Assembly (NCBI GenBank): GCA_040285855.1
Contig: JAUFOQ010000006.1
Location: 1,550,001-1,614,000, forward strand
DNA length: 64,000 nucleotides
From: Eukaryota sp. GEM-RC1
Taxonomy: Eukaryota
Direction: 5' to 3'
Part shown: piece by piece, positions 1 through 14,323 of the stretch
Layout: every line of letters starts with the position of its first letter
Position numbering within the stretch: the stretch's first letter is position 1
Notes under the pieces: model-generated
What the model was told of the DNA's origin: nothing
The model's input: the letters and a program-made list of their open reading frames with translations, nothing else
Database searches by the model: none
Translations under genes and position numbers: made by a program

Positions 1-1386
1 TTGATGTAGGAATGGTTCATCGTAACAGACGGAGGATTCTAGAAGAGGTCAGATCGTCACATCATCAGATGATGACGTGATGATAAAGAGACTATAACGG
101 AAAAAGACGGGGATATGAGAGATTATTGATGAAGTGAACAGAAACTGATGTTAAGACTGTAGAGAGACAGAGATAGACAGATCGAATTGAGATGATCGAA
201 TAGCCGTTCATTTCAGAAAGCAGCGAGGTCTGTTAGACTGAAAAAGGACTAGAGTAATGAAGATCTAAACAAGACATGTCACCGAGAAAATGAAGAACTA
301 CTGAGTAAACGGGGACTGGCACTTATTGATGGAAAGCAGTAAGAGATTTTGAACGTGTGGTGGGAAGATTTGTCTATATAGGCTGTACCACGGAAAGAAC
401 TTTGTTTTCGGACAACCAGGATGGAGTCTAGGTTTTACTCAGTTTTTGTCAGAAAGTTTCTGCATGGTTTCTGTCAACTTCAAATCTTTGTTTTGTACTG
501 AAGACTCCTCAAACATTAGGATCTCAATACAAAACATGTGCATTGTATGTACAATAGGCCATTAACTACAAGTCTTAATCCGTGGAACAACTGAAAATTA
601 CCTGAATGATCTCTGTTTTGGCAGTCTCTTTGAAATAACAATTGGTATTTCTAACACCGTTTCGGTAAGTTCTGGAAGGCTTAAGTAGTAGAACAGATCT
701 GTTCTTTTGATTAATGTTAATTGATTATTTATGTGCGCTTCATTTTAAATACTAGTACCCAATTACTTTGATGTGTGGCATTTTATTTAATATATGATCC
801 TGTGATTGACAAGTTTAATGTACTTGAATTGCCCGATGTCGGTTGAAATGAGTTGAAAACAATTTTATAGTTATTTAGAAAACCGAATGAACATTCAAAG
901 ACGCCACGTTGACGGAATTGGTAGTGCAGACAAATGAATTAAAGACTGCAAAAACAAGAATTATAACATTTAAATATTTAAATTATGGATATCTGGAGTA
1001 AACAAGTTCATAAATTACTGTATAAATTGAAGTCTAATTTTGGGCAAACACAAATAATCTGGCCGTAGACATCTTTGAAAGAATAAAAATCAGGACCTGT
1101 AAGTCTGAACCAAATTTTAAAATATTCAAACAAACAATGATTACGACTATATGAAAACACATACATGGTCAAAAATGAATACTGACAATAGATATATATC
1201 TGCATCTATCCACAAGAAGCAAAACTCGTCTGATGTAAATCAATTGGAGAGAGTGTAATGTACAATCAAAAGTATATCAAATGTTTAACAATATTTAAAA
1301 AACAGAATCGGCAACAAAAGTATCGGGTGCCGCTTGTATTAACTGTAAATACAAGGTAAATCAAACTGATGATAAAATGTACATGG

Positions 1387-4260
1387 TCAAATATCTGAAT
1401 ACTTGTCTCTATAAGAGAACAGTGTAAACTTTTCAAACTTCTTGGAATTCAACTCTTCCAGGACTCCATCAATGTACTGTCTCCCACTGACAGATTCAGA
1501 AGAGGGAAAATTACAGCGAAGAGACAATCCATCGGGATTAAGAATATCAATAAACCTACAACTATCCAATTTTTTAAGTGGATCCTTCTGAGACGATCCA
1601 GAGGACATCGAAGGGGACAAGGAGGGGGTTAAGGAACTGTTTCCAGAAAGAATCAGCTTTAGATTGTAGAGACATAACCTCTGAGAAACAAAAGTGCCAG
1701 TGAAGAGGCTTAATAACTCAGTGACGATTGCAGCAAAAGTTGATTTTGGAATTTGCTTCTGATCAATAAAAACATGACGAAGGAAGGGTTCATAAAAATA
1801 GATGTCCTTGACAAAATTTGAATTTTCTTGGGAAATTCTAAAAAAACAGAAAATAAAAACACGTTTGATTGATAGGGAGAAGCGGTGTCTTAGACAAGCA
1901 TCCCTAACTAACTTAACAAACGTCCATGGTGAATAAGTTCGACTGCTTTGTTCATCAGATCTTATTGTACCAGTCAATAAATTAATAATTTTTACTGTGA
2001 TTGTCAGTGTTTTTCAAAATTTAATTTGTTTGAGAACAGGATTTCCCGATAAACGTGACATTGGAGCTCATGATCCTTAGAATCAATAGAACTTGTTTTA
2101 AACTCATAAATAGTGTTGTTTTCGGGATCGAAGGCATCCAAAAATCCAATTAATCCAATATTAGAATGATATAATCTACGCTCGAAGATCAGATCAGGGG
2201 GGAAGTGTAGTGGAGATCGCCATTAGTTTGGGCAAATGGTTGAGAATTAGGAAAAGATTTGGGGTTGGAGTAGATAAAATGGCCAAAGACTCTTCTGAAA
2301 AATGAGCATTAATAACCAAAAAGCGCCAAATACTTGCAATTACCTGAGTAAAAAGTTCCTCGTTATCAGGCTTGTTTTTGTGAAGATAATTGCTAACAGA
2401 AAGTTCCAATTCTGAAACTTTGGAAATCAAAACATTTAAAATATCTGTTCTTTCGACTACTCTTGCCACGTCATAAAGCAAGGGGTCATCAATCAAAAAC
2501 GTAAATCCTCGACTCTGTGGAACAGTCGGTTGTACAGTTAAGTAATCAACAAATTCTTGTACTTCCTTCGGGAAATAACTATAATTCTTCTTCAAAAGAT
2601 AGAGTTTAAACTCATTAAAAAAAGAGTATCCGTAATAAGTATACAAGTATCTAACTTCAGATTTGAACTCTTTTGGAACGAAGACAGTACGTTCATAAAA
2701 CGATTTGAGATTGGTAAAATGGGTCAAAAGGCTCTTGAATCGGGCAAAATAGATTATTTGAACCAATTTTTCAAATAAAAGTCCATATAAATCTGGATAC
2801 AGTTGAAAGGGAATCCAATTGAGAATTGACCAATTTTGAGTCATGATAAATGATTCTTGCTGGCCCAAAATCACGAAATAACCCTCTAAATGTTGAATAT
2901 TCCTTCGAATTTAAAAAATTCAATTCCAACAATTTTGTGACTGGGATGTTTTCTCTAAAAGCAGTGAAATTATCCTTATTAAAGTTAAGCTCAGTTATGA
3001 TTGGCTTTCCGTAAACCCTTAAAGTAGGTAGATTTTGAACTTGTGTAAAAAGAGGATGAATTGACTTAGAATCCGACACAAATATCGAAAGATATTGTTT
3101 AGCACGGGAGCATCCTACATACCACAAGAACTTGGATTCCTGATACTCATGTTCAGTAGGGATTCGTCCCATTGTGTTGAAGTGGAAGTTAAGGAGAATA
3201 ACGGCTCTGAATTCAAGACCCTTCTTAGATGAGTTAAAGAAACAGATCAACATACAGAACCATGGATGGTCATTAGATTGATTTGTCCAGCAACAGGATC
3301 AAAAGAATCGTATTCTTCTTGAATTAGGGACGGTCTTCGGTACCGTAAATTGTAGGGAATTTGGGCTATTTCAAAGATGTTAGCTACAGCTTGCAAACCA
3401 ATATTAGAAAATTTAATTCCAGAGAGTTTCACTGGTCCCAGAATTGCAATTTCTTCATAAGCTAATCCCAAGTTTCGAAAATATTGGATTTTGGACAATA
3501 TTTCGCTACGTAAGGCGTCTTTGTGCACCACGTGAACTTCCACCGGATGGTGACCCTTTGCCTCATCACTTACAATCATTTTCTCCCTTTCAGAGAATCT
3601 AAAATAAGAAAACTTTTTTTAAAAATCAACAAACGGCGTAATACAGTTACAAAAATCAATAATTGGTGCAGAAGAGCGGTAGTTCATGATTAAAGAATAA
3701 GTTGGATAGTCATACTCATGTAATATCCCAGGATCACTCCCTTGAAAAGAGAAAATGGCCTGGTTAGTATCTCCAACCATTATGAGAGGAATGTTCAAAG
3801 CATCACTAAGAGTTTTGACAAAGAGAAACTGGGTGGGGTTTAAGTCCTGAGCTTCATCAACTACTATGACTTTTAAGCGATATAGAGAGAAAATGCCATC
3901 CACAGCTTCGTTTTGGAGAAGTTCGGTAGCCGTGTGTAGACAAGAGCGCATTGAAGAGGGAACTCCTCGGGCATGACAGATAGTTCCTGCAAGAGAGTGG
4001 AAAGTACGAATGTTTTTGCTATTGAAATACTCACCAAGATCAAATCTAGCAGCTTTGCGAAGAAGGTCGGTTACAGTAGTCCTGGAGAATGTTAGAATGA
4101 TGAAGTCGTGAGGAAAACTTAAGAGATTCGATTCGATCTTTACTTTAAGAAAGTAGAAGATGCAGAGAGATTTTCCAGCACCTGGTTGGCCAAGGAGTTT
4201 ACAACTCTCTATGGGTGAAGATATGAACGTTGAAGATCGTTCGTTGAAGGAGTAGCTCAT
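1387..4260 (-). CDS. UvrD/Rep (SF1A) helicase fused to a C-terminal RecB-like PD-(D/E)xK nuclease; two introns and three 1-nt frame breaks (~2800, ~2195, ~2012)
   Basis: SF1 motifs in order: GQPGAGKS, ILTFSR, IRTFHSLA, IVVDEAQD, VGDTNQAIFSFQGSDP, NYRSS, TIHGS|KGLEF (joined across an intron), YVGCSRAK. Manual translation of ~2195-2010, which the ORF track misses, gives FERRLYHSNIGLIGFLDAFDPENNTIYEFKT..HELQCHVY. Start ATG taken at 4260. Confidence 0.8.
3224..3255 (-). other. 32-nt spliceosomal GT-AG intron
   Basis: GTATGT...TTAAC...CTAAG. Removal exactly restores helicase motif V, TIHGSKGLEF. Confidence 0.92.
3599..3634 (-). other. 36-nt spliceosomal GT-AG intron
   Basis: GTTTGT...TTTTAG containing an in-frame TAA. 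Removal joins CITP to FSEREKMIV in frame. Confidence 0.85.
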
Positions 4261-4309
4261 TGCTGAGCCGCTATAACAAATTTCAATTTGCAAACCCCTA
4301 ACAATCCAA

Positions 4310-5215
4310 ATGCATATCTCCCGAATATCTATATTTGCAGTGACACTGTCAGCCCTGACGATCTTCTTCTCGGTATTTACGTCCCTAGGAGCCATTGACT
4401 TCAATTCCGTTGTCTTTACTCCCTTCTCCACTGGTATTCATTCATATGAGATATGGAGGCTGATCACTGCACCTCTTGTCAATAGATGGTATCTTCTTGT
4501 TCTGTACATTCCTTTACTTTTTACATCCATCGCTTTTGTAGAATCCTTTTGGGGAACCGTCAGTTTTCTCAAATATCTCTTGATAGGTTATCTTTCCTCT
4601 TGTGTGATGGTTCTGTTCTGTTCAATCGTCTTGTTTGCACTTTCAGGATTAAATATTGATGTTCTTGAAACCCCTCTACATGGATGTCTTCCCTTGTTAG
4701 CCATCTTTTCTGTTGCTGCAGCCTATCTACGTCCTGAAGTCTCTCCAACTATACGAGTTCCTCTACTAAAGCCATTTTCTTTCGCTTGGCTAAGACTTCA
4801 GTATTTACCCTTCATATTCCTTGTTTTATCACTTCTTTTTGCTGTAACTGGTGGTATACAAGGAGTTTTGTTCGGCTTTTGGGTCCTTGCTTCTGTTCTT
4901 TCGCCTTATCTCTATCTTCGATATCTACGCAAGAATCCTCTTCTACCGTCTTGTCTAGGTGACAGAGGTCCTCATTTTGCGTTCTCGTTGCTTTCACCAC
5001 CTCCATTCCGTCCCTTCTTCAGAATAGTTTCTCATTCGTGTAGTAAGTTCTTTAGATTACCTCCTACGGACGCAGATCACTTTTCAGAAGATGTTGCTGC
5101 TAGACTGGGTACGATGTCTAATAGAAGTAACGTGTCTACAGAGAGGTTGAGACAACAAGCAATGGCAATGGTTGAATTAGAGTATCAGAAACAATTCTCT
5201 AAGAGTAAAGTGTAA
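4310..5215 (+). CDS. TMEM115: TMEM115-like rhomboid-superfamily Golgi membrane protein
   Basis: Several TM segments, IWRLITA rhomboid-like motif, GDRGPHFAFS..PPPFRP, and a C-terminal ERLRQQAM helix. Confidence 0.75.
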   Translation: MHISRISIFAVTLSALTIFFSVFTSLGAIDFNSVVFTPFSTGIHSYEIWRLITAPLVNRWYLLVLYIPLLFTSIAFVESFWGTVSFLKYLLIGYLSSCVMVLFCSIVLFALSGLNIDVLETPLHGCLPLLAIFSVAAAYLRPEVSPTIRVPLLKPFSFAWLRLQYLPFIFLVLSLLFAVTGGIQGVLFGFWVLASVLSPYLYLRYLRKNPLLPSCLGDRGPHFAFSLLSPPPFRPFFRIVSHSCSKFFRLPPTDADHFSEDVAARLGTMSNRSNVSTERLRQQAMAMVELEYQKQFSKSKV

Positions 5216-5928
5216 GTTATTATTATTATATACAATTTATTTTATTACCAATTTGTTCTATCATTGTGAATTACTAAAAATCAATTCTAGTACCAATTCA
5301 AGGCAATCACATGATGTGATTGATTTTCTGATTTACGTTTAACTAATTTAATTGATTTACATATTCACTATAACAGTTCTAACAGTGTTATGCTTTTATT
5401 TAAATGTCCATAAAGTTGTTTCCAACATATGCAGAAGTTGTTACCACAATTTTGTTGGTACAAACATCACGAGTTTCAATACTATCAGAATTTGAATTGT
5501 TAGATTTATTCGTTTAATCAAGAAATGGGGCCGAGGGCTTATACTGGTCTTAAATAGTGTTCCTCGTTTGGTCACAGACAATCAAACATCTCTACTGTCG
5601 GATTTAATGATCAATAAACACATAGTAAGTGAACACTTTTTAACTCAATTCTTGACTGTTACTGTGTGATTGTCACAAAATTGATTATTGGCAATAATAC
5701 AACTGTATTTTAACCTACAGTGTGTCTCAAAAAGCAGACAACAATTGTTGCTGAAACCCTTTTTGGGTCGGAACTTTGCAGATTTCAACACAGCCGGGTG
5801 CTACATTAGCTGTTGTACTCCAGTTCTACTCCTACTAGTACTATGGTGTAGTATGTCTTTAGAGGAACTAGATCAGATAGTGTTCAAACATTTTTTCCAA
5901 CTTCAAAAATTTGATCTTCCAATTATAG

Positions 5929-8900
5929 ATGGACTTACCATCTACAGAGCAGCTTCTTGAAGATCTCTTATGTTCTAAATCCCGAGATGAAGCAACACTT
6001 CAATATGTAACAATTCTTTGTGAGTTTCCCACTGTGACAGACGACCATGTCAACTCTAAAGAGTCTTCCTACATCACATCTCTACTTAAATCTCTAAAGC
6101 ACTTCATCGAACACAACGATCCGGAAAGTTTCATAACTGTCTCTGTAGCTTGTTGTACAATCATTAAAACACACCCTTCACATCACCAACGGTCCTTTCA
6201 AGAGTCTGGAGTGTTCCAGACCATTCTTGATCTTCTACCTCATGTGACTCATACAGAGAGTTTCTCATCTCTCTTTCACCTCCTCATTGTTCTACTGGAC
6301 TCTAACTATAACAAGGTGTTCTGTGCGTCTACTTCATTCTACAACTCTCTCTTTACCATCCTCACTTCTCAACACTCCAAAGACTTCTTGTCAAGTTCTT
6401 TCTTCTGTGATCTCATGCTGACCTTCGTAACTGGAAACACGTGGAAACAGGGTCCAACTGAGTCAACACCAATCAAAAACAGTGACGGTGCAGTGATGAT
6501 CCTGAAACTCCTCCCCAATCTTTCCTTCTCTGCTCAAAGCTATCTTCTATCTTCACTGGTCTCCTTCTGTGAAGCCTCGTCACATAACCGCACTTTGCTG
6601 TGTGTTTCTGGAGCTGTTGACGTGCTGCTGTCAATCAGTTCAGGGATAGATGCTGATCACCCTTCAATCAATCACTTTTTTGAGCTATTGCAACAGTTAG
6701 CATCACATTCTTTAAGTGTGGCTCAACTAAAATACGTGTTTCGTCTATTAAAATCTAAAACAGTTCCACTCGACAAATCAAAATCGATATCGGCACGCCC
6801 ACCTTTCTACACTCGAGTCCTGAGACTTCTCTTGACTTCTTTAGAAATGGAGAACAAAGCTCCCACCACCTTCTTTTCACTTGATGGGATCTCTTCTGGA
6901 ATTCAAATGTCTGTATTGGATAGTTGGCCTAAGAATGGTTGGTCGTTTTCTATATGGTTCAAAATATCATCGTTTTTGAACTATGATGACGTGGTTCCGA
7001 CTCTGTTTTCCTTTGAGAGCGAAGAAGGGGAAGTTATGAGCTGTACTATTTCTTCTGATAACCGACAACTTTCGTTTCACGTCACCAAAATATCCAATCC
7101 AAAACGAAAAATTTTAAAAAATTACACTGCCACCATTACTGAGACTGAACTCATTACTGGTCGCTGGTACCATTTGCTTTTATCTCAAGCTCCCAAAGGT
7201 CTATACAGTAATACTAACGATCTATGTGTTTACTTAGACGGATCTCCAAGTATAGTTTCTAAAGCTTACTACCCTAGTTTTTCTTCAGCTTTGACTAAGT
7301 GTTTTGTTGGATCTCATTTGTGTGGTTGTTTAGGTCCCTTGTATGTGTTTTCAAGAAACATGACTAATGTTCAATCGCGTGACTTGTATTTCCTTGGTCC
7401 GAATTATGATTTTATATTTTCAAAAATGAGTCTTTTATTGATTTTTCGTCATATTCTCAGATTCTTGATGGGAGGAGCTCACGTCTGACCCCCAACTCTC
7501 TGCTTGATTCACTTTCCTCTCTGTCTTCATATATATTTGCCGCGTATTCTGCCAGAGCTGTCTCTGGTGACCGCGCAATTGATTTCGCCCCCTTGGGATT
7601 ACGAAAGTTGTATAGAAATAACGCAACCTTGTTGAGTGGAACAATTGTCACAAAAACTTCGAATATTAGATCGGCTATTTTTGCATTAGGTGGAATTCCG
7701 GTATTGTTTCCTCTACTTACTCAAATGGACCAGCCATTGCTTGGAGCAGCTGATTGCATTGATACGACCACGCGATCACTTTCCTCTTTCTTCGAAGACA
7801 GTGTTTTGCCGTCTGTTCTTGAGCTCTTTTGTAAAGTGATTGAAAAATCACATGCCAATCAATCAACATTGATCTCTATTGATGGAATCAAGGTTATTGG
7901 CCTATTGCTCCAGCGAATCACTCCTAATCACATGTCAATTGCCGCAGTAAACCTACTCCATTCTCTAGTAACTGAATCACTAACACTAGAGTTGAAGTAT
8001 GCTGTTGTTCGGTTTATATTGTTGGAAGCCAGAATATGGACATTTACTCCACTGCCTTCACATTTAAATAATTTGGATTTTGTTTTAAAAATTGCAGCTA
8101 AGGAACCATCTCTTTTTAAACGGAAAATCGGTGGAATTGAATATATTTTGGATTTGCTCCGAGATCATTATTGGTACTTCAGAACTGCCGAACATAGAGA
8201 CAAACCAATCACGTGTTATCACCCAATCACTGGAATGGAGGTCGCTCACAGACCATCCACGTCGGACATTTACCGTATACGAACAAAATTAATGGATTTG
8301 ATTATGATTTTACTCTCAACGTCATCATCGACTAAGTTCTTTGCCCTTGATAACTTTGAAGCTGAAGATGCTGTTAGTCTTGCTAGGTACGCGGTTACCG
8401 TAGGCTGTGAAAAGCAAACTTTTGAAATGTTAACATTATTAAAAAGTCTATTGTCGTCAGAACGTCACTTGATTGCAGTCGAAGCTCTCTGTTCGCTAGG
8501 AGGTCCAATCACTTTCCTAGATCTTCTCAAGTCCACATCAGATGACGTCAGACTTGCCGCTTTGGATATAATCGTAATCCTCCACGACATCACCTCTACA
8601 AACACAGATGGATTTGACTTTTCATCCTCCGATACCTTCTGGTTAAGTGTCATCCACTCATTATGTTCTACTCCACTCTCACTCGCAGTATCACTTCATT
8701 ACTTTGCATTGCTTTCTGGCCAGGATTGCTCCATGTCCCACGTTTACTCTGCAACCTCCTTCAATTCCTTATCTCTTCCAGACTTTGGAGAGGTTGTGGT
8801 CAGACCCTATCTATATCCAGTGATTCTTCATCATTGTGGTATGTATTCGGATGATCATACTTTTGATTTGCAGTGTCAGGTGTTACATCAGTTGTTGTTG

Positions 8901-11900
8901 TCTGTCACTCATAATCATCAGAATGGCTCAATATTCATCAATCAATCAAATTGGTCTCGTGGTTTGTTTAATCTGTTGTATGCTCCTTGGTTGTTGATTG
9001 GTGGTGAGGAAATGGCCATGACTGAACTTGATTTTGATTGTGATCATGACAGACAATCAAATATGATTGACTGTGAGTTTTTCCACACCGACAATCCTAA
9101 AGGTTTTGTGCTCCTTGATTTGGCAGTTAATTTCTGTCAACAGTTGTTTTTCATATTGTTTACTCGTGAACCTTCCTTTTCGTGTTCAATTCTAAGTTAT
9201 TTTCTCTTTGAACTAAAATCTTACTGCAAGAGTAATAATATTTTTCAGTTTTATTTTTATTCTGTTTTTTCGATTTTTGATCAGCTGTGCCAGTCACTCA
9301 CAACTAGATCACATTTGATTAGAAACTCCACTGATCCTGTATTAAAGGAAAACATTTCTTCTTTTTTCACTCATCTCTATACTGAGATTGATCTTTATCA
9401 GAAGCTCATTTTAAATGTCAACAGCTTCAGTTTTCCATTATTTTTAAATTGTGACGGTTTAGTTGAAAAATTGAAACAACGAGTGATTACCACACTTACT
9501 CTTTTGAACTGGAGCATGATTTACGATTATTCTGATCTCAATTTGTCCTCTGAAAAACGTTTTCTCTTGCCTAATGGAGGTTTGATTCATATGTATACCG
9601 AATATTTGATTGACTTTTTCTCATCATGTGATCACAAGCTGGAGATACCAAAGCAGAAGTTTAAAGAAAATAAGGCCTATTTCATTGCCACTCTACATCA
9701 AGTCGCCGCAAATAAGAAATTGTTAAAGTTTTCATTTCTATCAGTTGTGTGTGGATCATTAATTGAAAACTTTAGGTATTCATTTAACAACAACAGTCCC
9801 TGCGTTGGTCAACATTTTCAATATTGCAGGATTTTTTAAGAATAATGGGTGAATATCTAATTAAAGAAAACAAAGATAAATTAGGAGATCGTAATCCATG
9901 GGTTCCTATTTTTAAGTCAAACTCCCTACTATTCGCAGATCCTTCAATTTTGTCAGAAACTTCTCTTTCTGCCAATTGTTCACCAGAAGCATTTCTAAAT
10001 ATACTTTCATCTGGAAAATGGCCACATTTCGAAGTAATTGTACAATCTGCACTTGAAAATCAGAAACTTTATGTTAAACATGAAGATACCTTTAAGGAAT
10101 TGTACAGATCTAGTTTATCAGGAGTAGATTTTATTGTGAAGTATGATGACTTTGCACTACAGTGCCCAACAGTTAAAAAGTGTTTTGCCAACAGCGCGGT
10201 GTTCGAAATCGGACCGAAAGATTTAAAAATTGTTGAGAGTCACGTGACTCTATGTAGAAGAAATCTCCAAAGATACACTGCACTCATTCTCTCAGCACAT
10301 GAACGTGAAGTCAAACGACGTCTTGCCTTTTCTGAGCGAGTAAAACGTGATGACGAATCAGCTGTTTTCGCTTGGCGTAGAATCTCTCGAATGGTTCGAC
10401 ACGAAAGAAGTCCATGGGGATATCGTGATCGTCTCAATCATTCAGAATTAAATGATTGTGAGGTTGATGATTTCGTGTCAGTATTCAATCAAATCCAATC
10501 ATCAAATGATGGATTGTGGCAATTGGACTTTACTGAAAATTCATCCAGAATGCGACTTCTACTGGAACCCAACTTTAGTGGCTCTAAACATGAAGGCAAA
10601 GTTGCGCGCCAAAAAGGTAATAAAGAACGTGATAACTCTACCACGGATAAACCGGAATTTCTGGACTCGTTTAATTTAAATGATTTCCTAAATTCTCATG
10701 GTATTCTTGATGATGACGATGTTGATGATACTGAAGAGCTCACGCAGCTTGTTACTCAATCAGAAACAGCTCAGAATTCTTCCAAAGTCAATAGTAATTT
10801 GGGTTTGACTGAACGAACTTATTTAGTTATTAATTGCGAACGAGTTTCTGCGGATAAGTTAGTATTGGGAACTTTGAAAATCACAAGTAAGTTCATTTCC
10901 TTCACAGATAGCAAGGAATTATCCACCTCTGATTTTGAAGAAAAAACTAATTTTTTAAATATTGATAGCAGTGCTGAAGTTACTGGTGCCAAAATAGTTA
11001 TGTGGGATCTTGCTGATATTATTTCCATCCAATCAAGACGTTACCTATTGTCTCCTACTGCTTTGGAAATCTTTTTCCGTGACAATTCTTCAGTTTTTTT
11101 AAATTTTGGAAACAAACGTACGAAAGAAAGTGTACAGTACTTTGGTATCTCAACGACTACCGAGTTTAGTCCCCCATAATTCTCTAAATCCTCTTGAATT
11201 TTTGAAAAAATCAATGGTCACCTCATTATGGCAATCTCGCACTATTTCAAATTTTGATTACCTAATGTGGTTAAATACGATTGCTGGCAGAACCTTCAAT
11301 GATCTTTCACAGTATCCCGTATTTCCCTGGGTTATCCAAGACTATCAATCAGAAACGTTAGATTTAAATAATCCTGAAATTTACAGAAATTTCACTCGCC
11401 CCATTGGTGCCCACCAAGAAAATCGACTCAAGAAGCTCGAGAAAAAGTTTGACGATACCAAATACGGAGGAGATCCTTTATCTGACCAGTATAAGTCCAC
11501 TAACTCTGATAGAAGTCAGTATCATCACGCATTTCACTATATGATGCCTGCAACGGTTATCTATTATTTGGTTAGGTTAGAGCCATTTACCAGTATTTGT
11601 TTAGAATTCCACAATAAGAAAAATGAACTGGGGATTCAGACTTTTGATGATCCTGATAGAATGTTCCATGATTTAGGTGACACGTGGCAAAGTACCACGT
11701 CATCACCTGCCGATTTGAGAGAGTTGGTTCCTGAGTTCTTTTATTCAGATTTGTTTTTGAGAAATGTTAATGGTGTGTTTTATGGAAATACTTCCTCTGA
11801 TAAGGATATATCTCAAGTCACTTTACCAAAATGGGCTCACGGCAATCCTGATCTCTTCATCAGAATCAATCGAGCTGCTCTCGAATCTGATTACGTCTCC

Positions 11901-13166
11901 AGTCAAATTCATCACTGGATTGATCTCATCTTTGGCTATCAACAACGAGGTAATGACGCTACAACGGTATACAATCGTTATAAGCCACATTGTTATTATT
12001 CAATGAATTTTGAAAAAATCAAGGATAAACGGTCCAAAAGATCGCTTATGAATGCTATTAGAGAGTTTGGTCAGATTCCAATTCAATTATTCTACAAGCC
12101 ACATCCTCAGAAATATTTAAAAAATGTCAAAAAGAGACTTCCTATCCAGTGTACTCAAATGTCGTTAAAATTTCTCCAACAAGTCTCAGAAGATGTTTCA
12201 GATTCTTTGTTTTTAGTTCGAAAAATCGGCGATCAGCTTATTACAATTAGCAGATCTTCTGCTTATTTAGAACACGTTTTGACTTCTAAAGACTTCGTAA
12301 GAACAGAATATGCTGGTCTTGGGAATTCTCTTGACTTTTGTAATATTGATGATGATTTGACGGAAAACACGTTCACACTTTGTCTAAATGGAAAGTATTT
12401 AATTACTTGTGGACATTGGGATTCTTCTTTTAAAATTTTTGACACAAAATCACTCACATTGGTTTTGTCGATGTGTCGTCACAAAGACATCATAACGTGT
12501 TGTTCAATAGCGGAAAGCACCACTCAATCATATTTGATTACAGCATCACGTGATACGACCGCCATTGTTTGGACATTCTTTCCTTCTTGTTCAAGTCCGA
12601 TTGAGTCCACTCCTTTACATGTTTTACATGGTCACGATGCCGAAATCTCTGCGATTAGCTCAAATGTCGATTCTGATGTCGTTCTAACTGGTTCTCTTGA
12701 TGGTACTATTATTATACATTCACTCTCCAGAGGTAGGTATTTAAGGTCAATTGAATATCCTTTATTTAAAAGTGTTGACATTATTGAATTTATTCCCAAT
12801 TCGAAGTTTTTAGCCTGGTCTACTCAAGATTTATCTCTTTGTTTGTTTAGTGTTAATGGAATTCTTCTTAATAGAGTCTCTTTAACAGAAGCCGTAACCA
12901 GAATTCTGTATTACGGGAAACCTTCTCATGGTAAAAGTCTGTTTGATATTAATTTCTCTCATTTCTCTAATGCTGAGTCAATTGACTGTTTCGTTTTCTT
13001 AGGTTTTGAAGATGGCAGTTTGGAGGTTTGGTCCGTATTTGATTTAAAGTATGTTCGACAACTGGGTAAGTTTCATTCGGCCATTACTTCATTGTCTCTT
13101 TCCGAAGATTTATCTACTTTGATTGCTGGGCTTGATGATGGTAAGTTGGCAGTGTTTTCAGTTTAA
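5929..13166 (+). CDS. Neurobeachin/LRBA-like protein (ConA-like, ARM, PH, BEACH, WD40); three 1-nt frame breaks (~7420, ~9815, ~11105)
   Basis: W..RTISNFDYLMWLNTIAGRTFNDLSQYPVFPWV, ELVPEFF, HHWIDLIFGYQQRG, FGQIPIQLF, PH motif RRYLLSPTALEIF, and WD40 repeats. Four consecutive overlapping ORFs form one gene. Confidence 0.93.
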
Positions 13167-13999
13167 TATTTTAATATTTGAGGTTGTTTTTGGTCTTATT
13201 TATTGTGTTACTTGTACATTTGTATTTAACTCTGATTTTTTGAAGAGCATTTTTCTGGCGGAAGATAAACACGTTTTGTTGATTTTGTAATTTACAATTT
13301 GTCATTTATTTTACCCGACAGAATTAAACACCTAAAGAAAGTCCGTACATCAAATTGACGAAGACACAGTATTATCGTCTTACAGCATTTTGAGCTATCT
13401 TGTAACATGGAGTTTCTGAATTTGTTTGAACATTTGTCTTCACAGATCAGGCTGGAAGAGTAAATTTGTTTTTGCACATTATTCAAAATATGGCTCAAAC
13501 CAACAGCAAATCGATGTGACATTTTCCAAAAACCCAGCTGAACCAAAACCAGGAATTCGTCAAGAATAATTCCACCGCAAACAATTACAACACAGAAATA
13601 AAGTACTGCTGTTAGCATGACATTGTACTTCTGATAGGTACTGGAGCTGTCAGGTAGTTAATAAGCACAGTTACGGTGTTAGTCTGAATCTGCGAGTTGA
13701 TAACAAAAACTGTTGTCTTACGTGATTGCCACTGTGTTTCGGATCACTTTCTGTTGCTGACTATGTCTAAGCAAAATACTAAGCAGAAAACATCAGATTC
13801 TGACTCCTTTTCATTTTGTAAGATTCTCATACTGAACTAATACTAACAGGTGTTTGTACTTCCAGCTAGGTATGCTTAAAACAAAACACTAGAAAGCAAT
13901 GCAACAGAATCCTTCAATACAAAAACACAGGAACAAAGCAAGCAATGCTAGAATACAAATATAATGTCAAATTTGAATGTAGTATGTGTTTTTAGGAGT

Positions 14000-14270
14000 G
14001 TTTCTAGCAAGAATTTTGAATTTTGAAGAGGCGACCGAAAATAACCGCACACAAAGGGAGAAACAACAACGATTTTAGGATACTAATACTTAATAACGGA
14101 GGATAAACACAACTGTTCCAAATCTCCAAATTTAAAGTGTCGTTAACCGAGACCAACGAGTTTAGCAAGGAGTAGAAAGATTGCCATTGAACAAATAACC
14201 GTAACTGGATTCAACAAGAAAAGTTTTCTTTCCACCAATAGACGCACCTATAGTGGGACAATAAAAAGTA
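14000..14270 (-). mobile_element. Degenerate CRE-like non-LTR retrotransposon fragment
   Basis: Remnants resembling LEIWNSC and LPLC, matching the copies at 56445-56657 and ~48950. Many stops. Confidence 0.5.
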
Positions 14271-14323
14271 TTAAATCTACAAATGCAATACAATATTTAC
14301 AGATGCTCGATTAGGCAGTAGAT

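Noticed and set aside
1..1300. Possible gene fragment at the window start
   Set aside because: No sustained open frame or motif found.
4261..4431. N-terminal extension of the helicase ORF overlapping TMEM115
   Set aside because: It relies on a non-ATG start; ATG 4260 sits just before the Walker A region.
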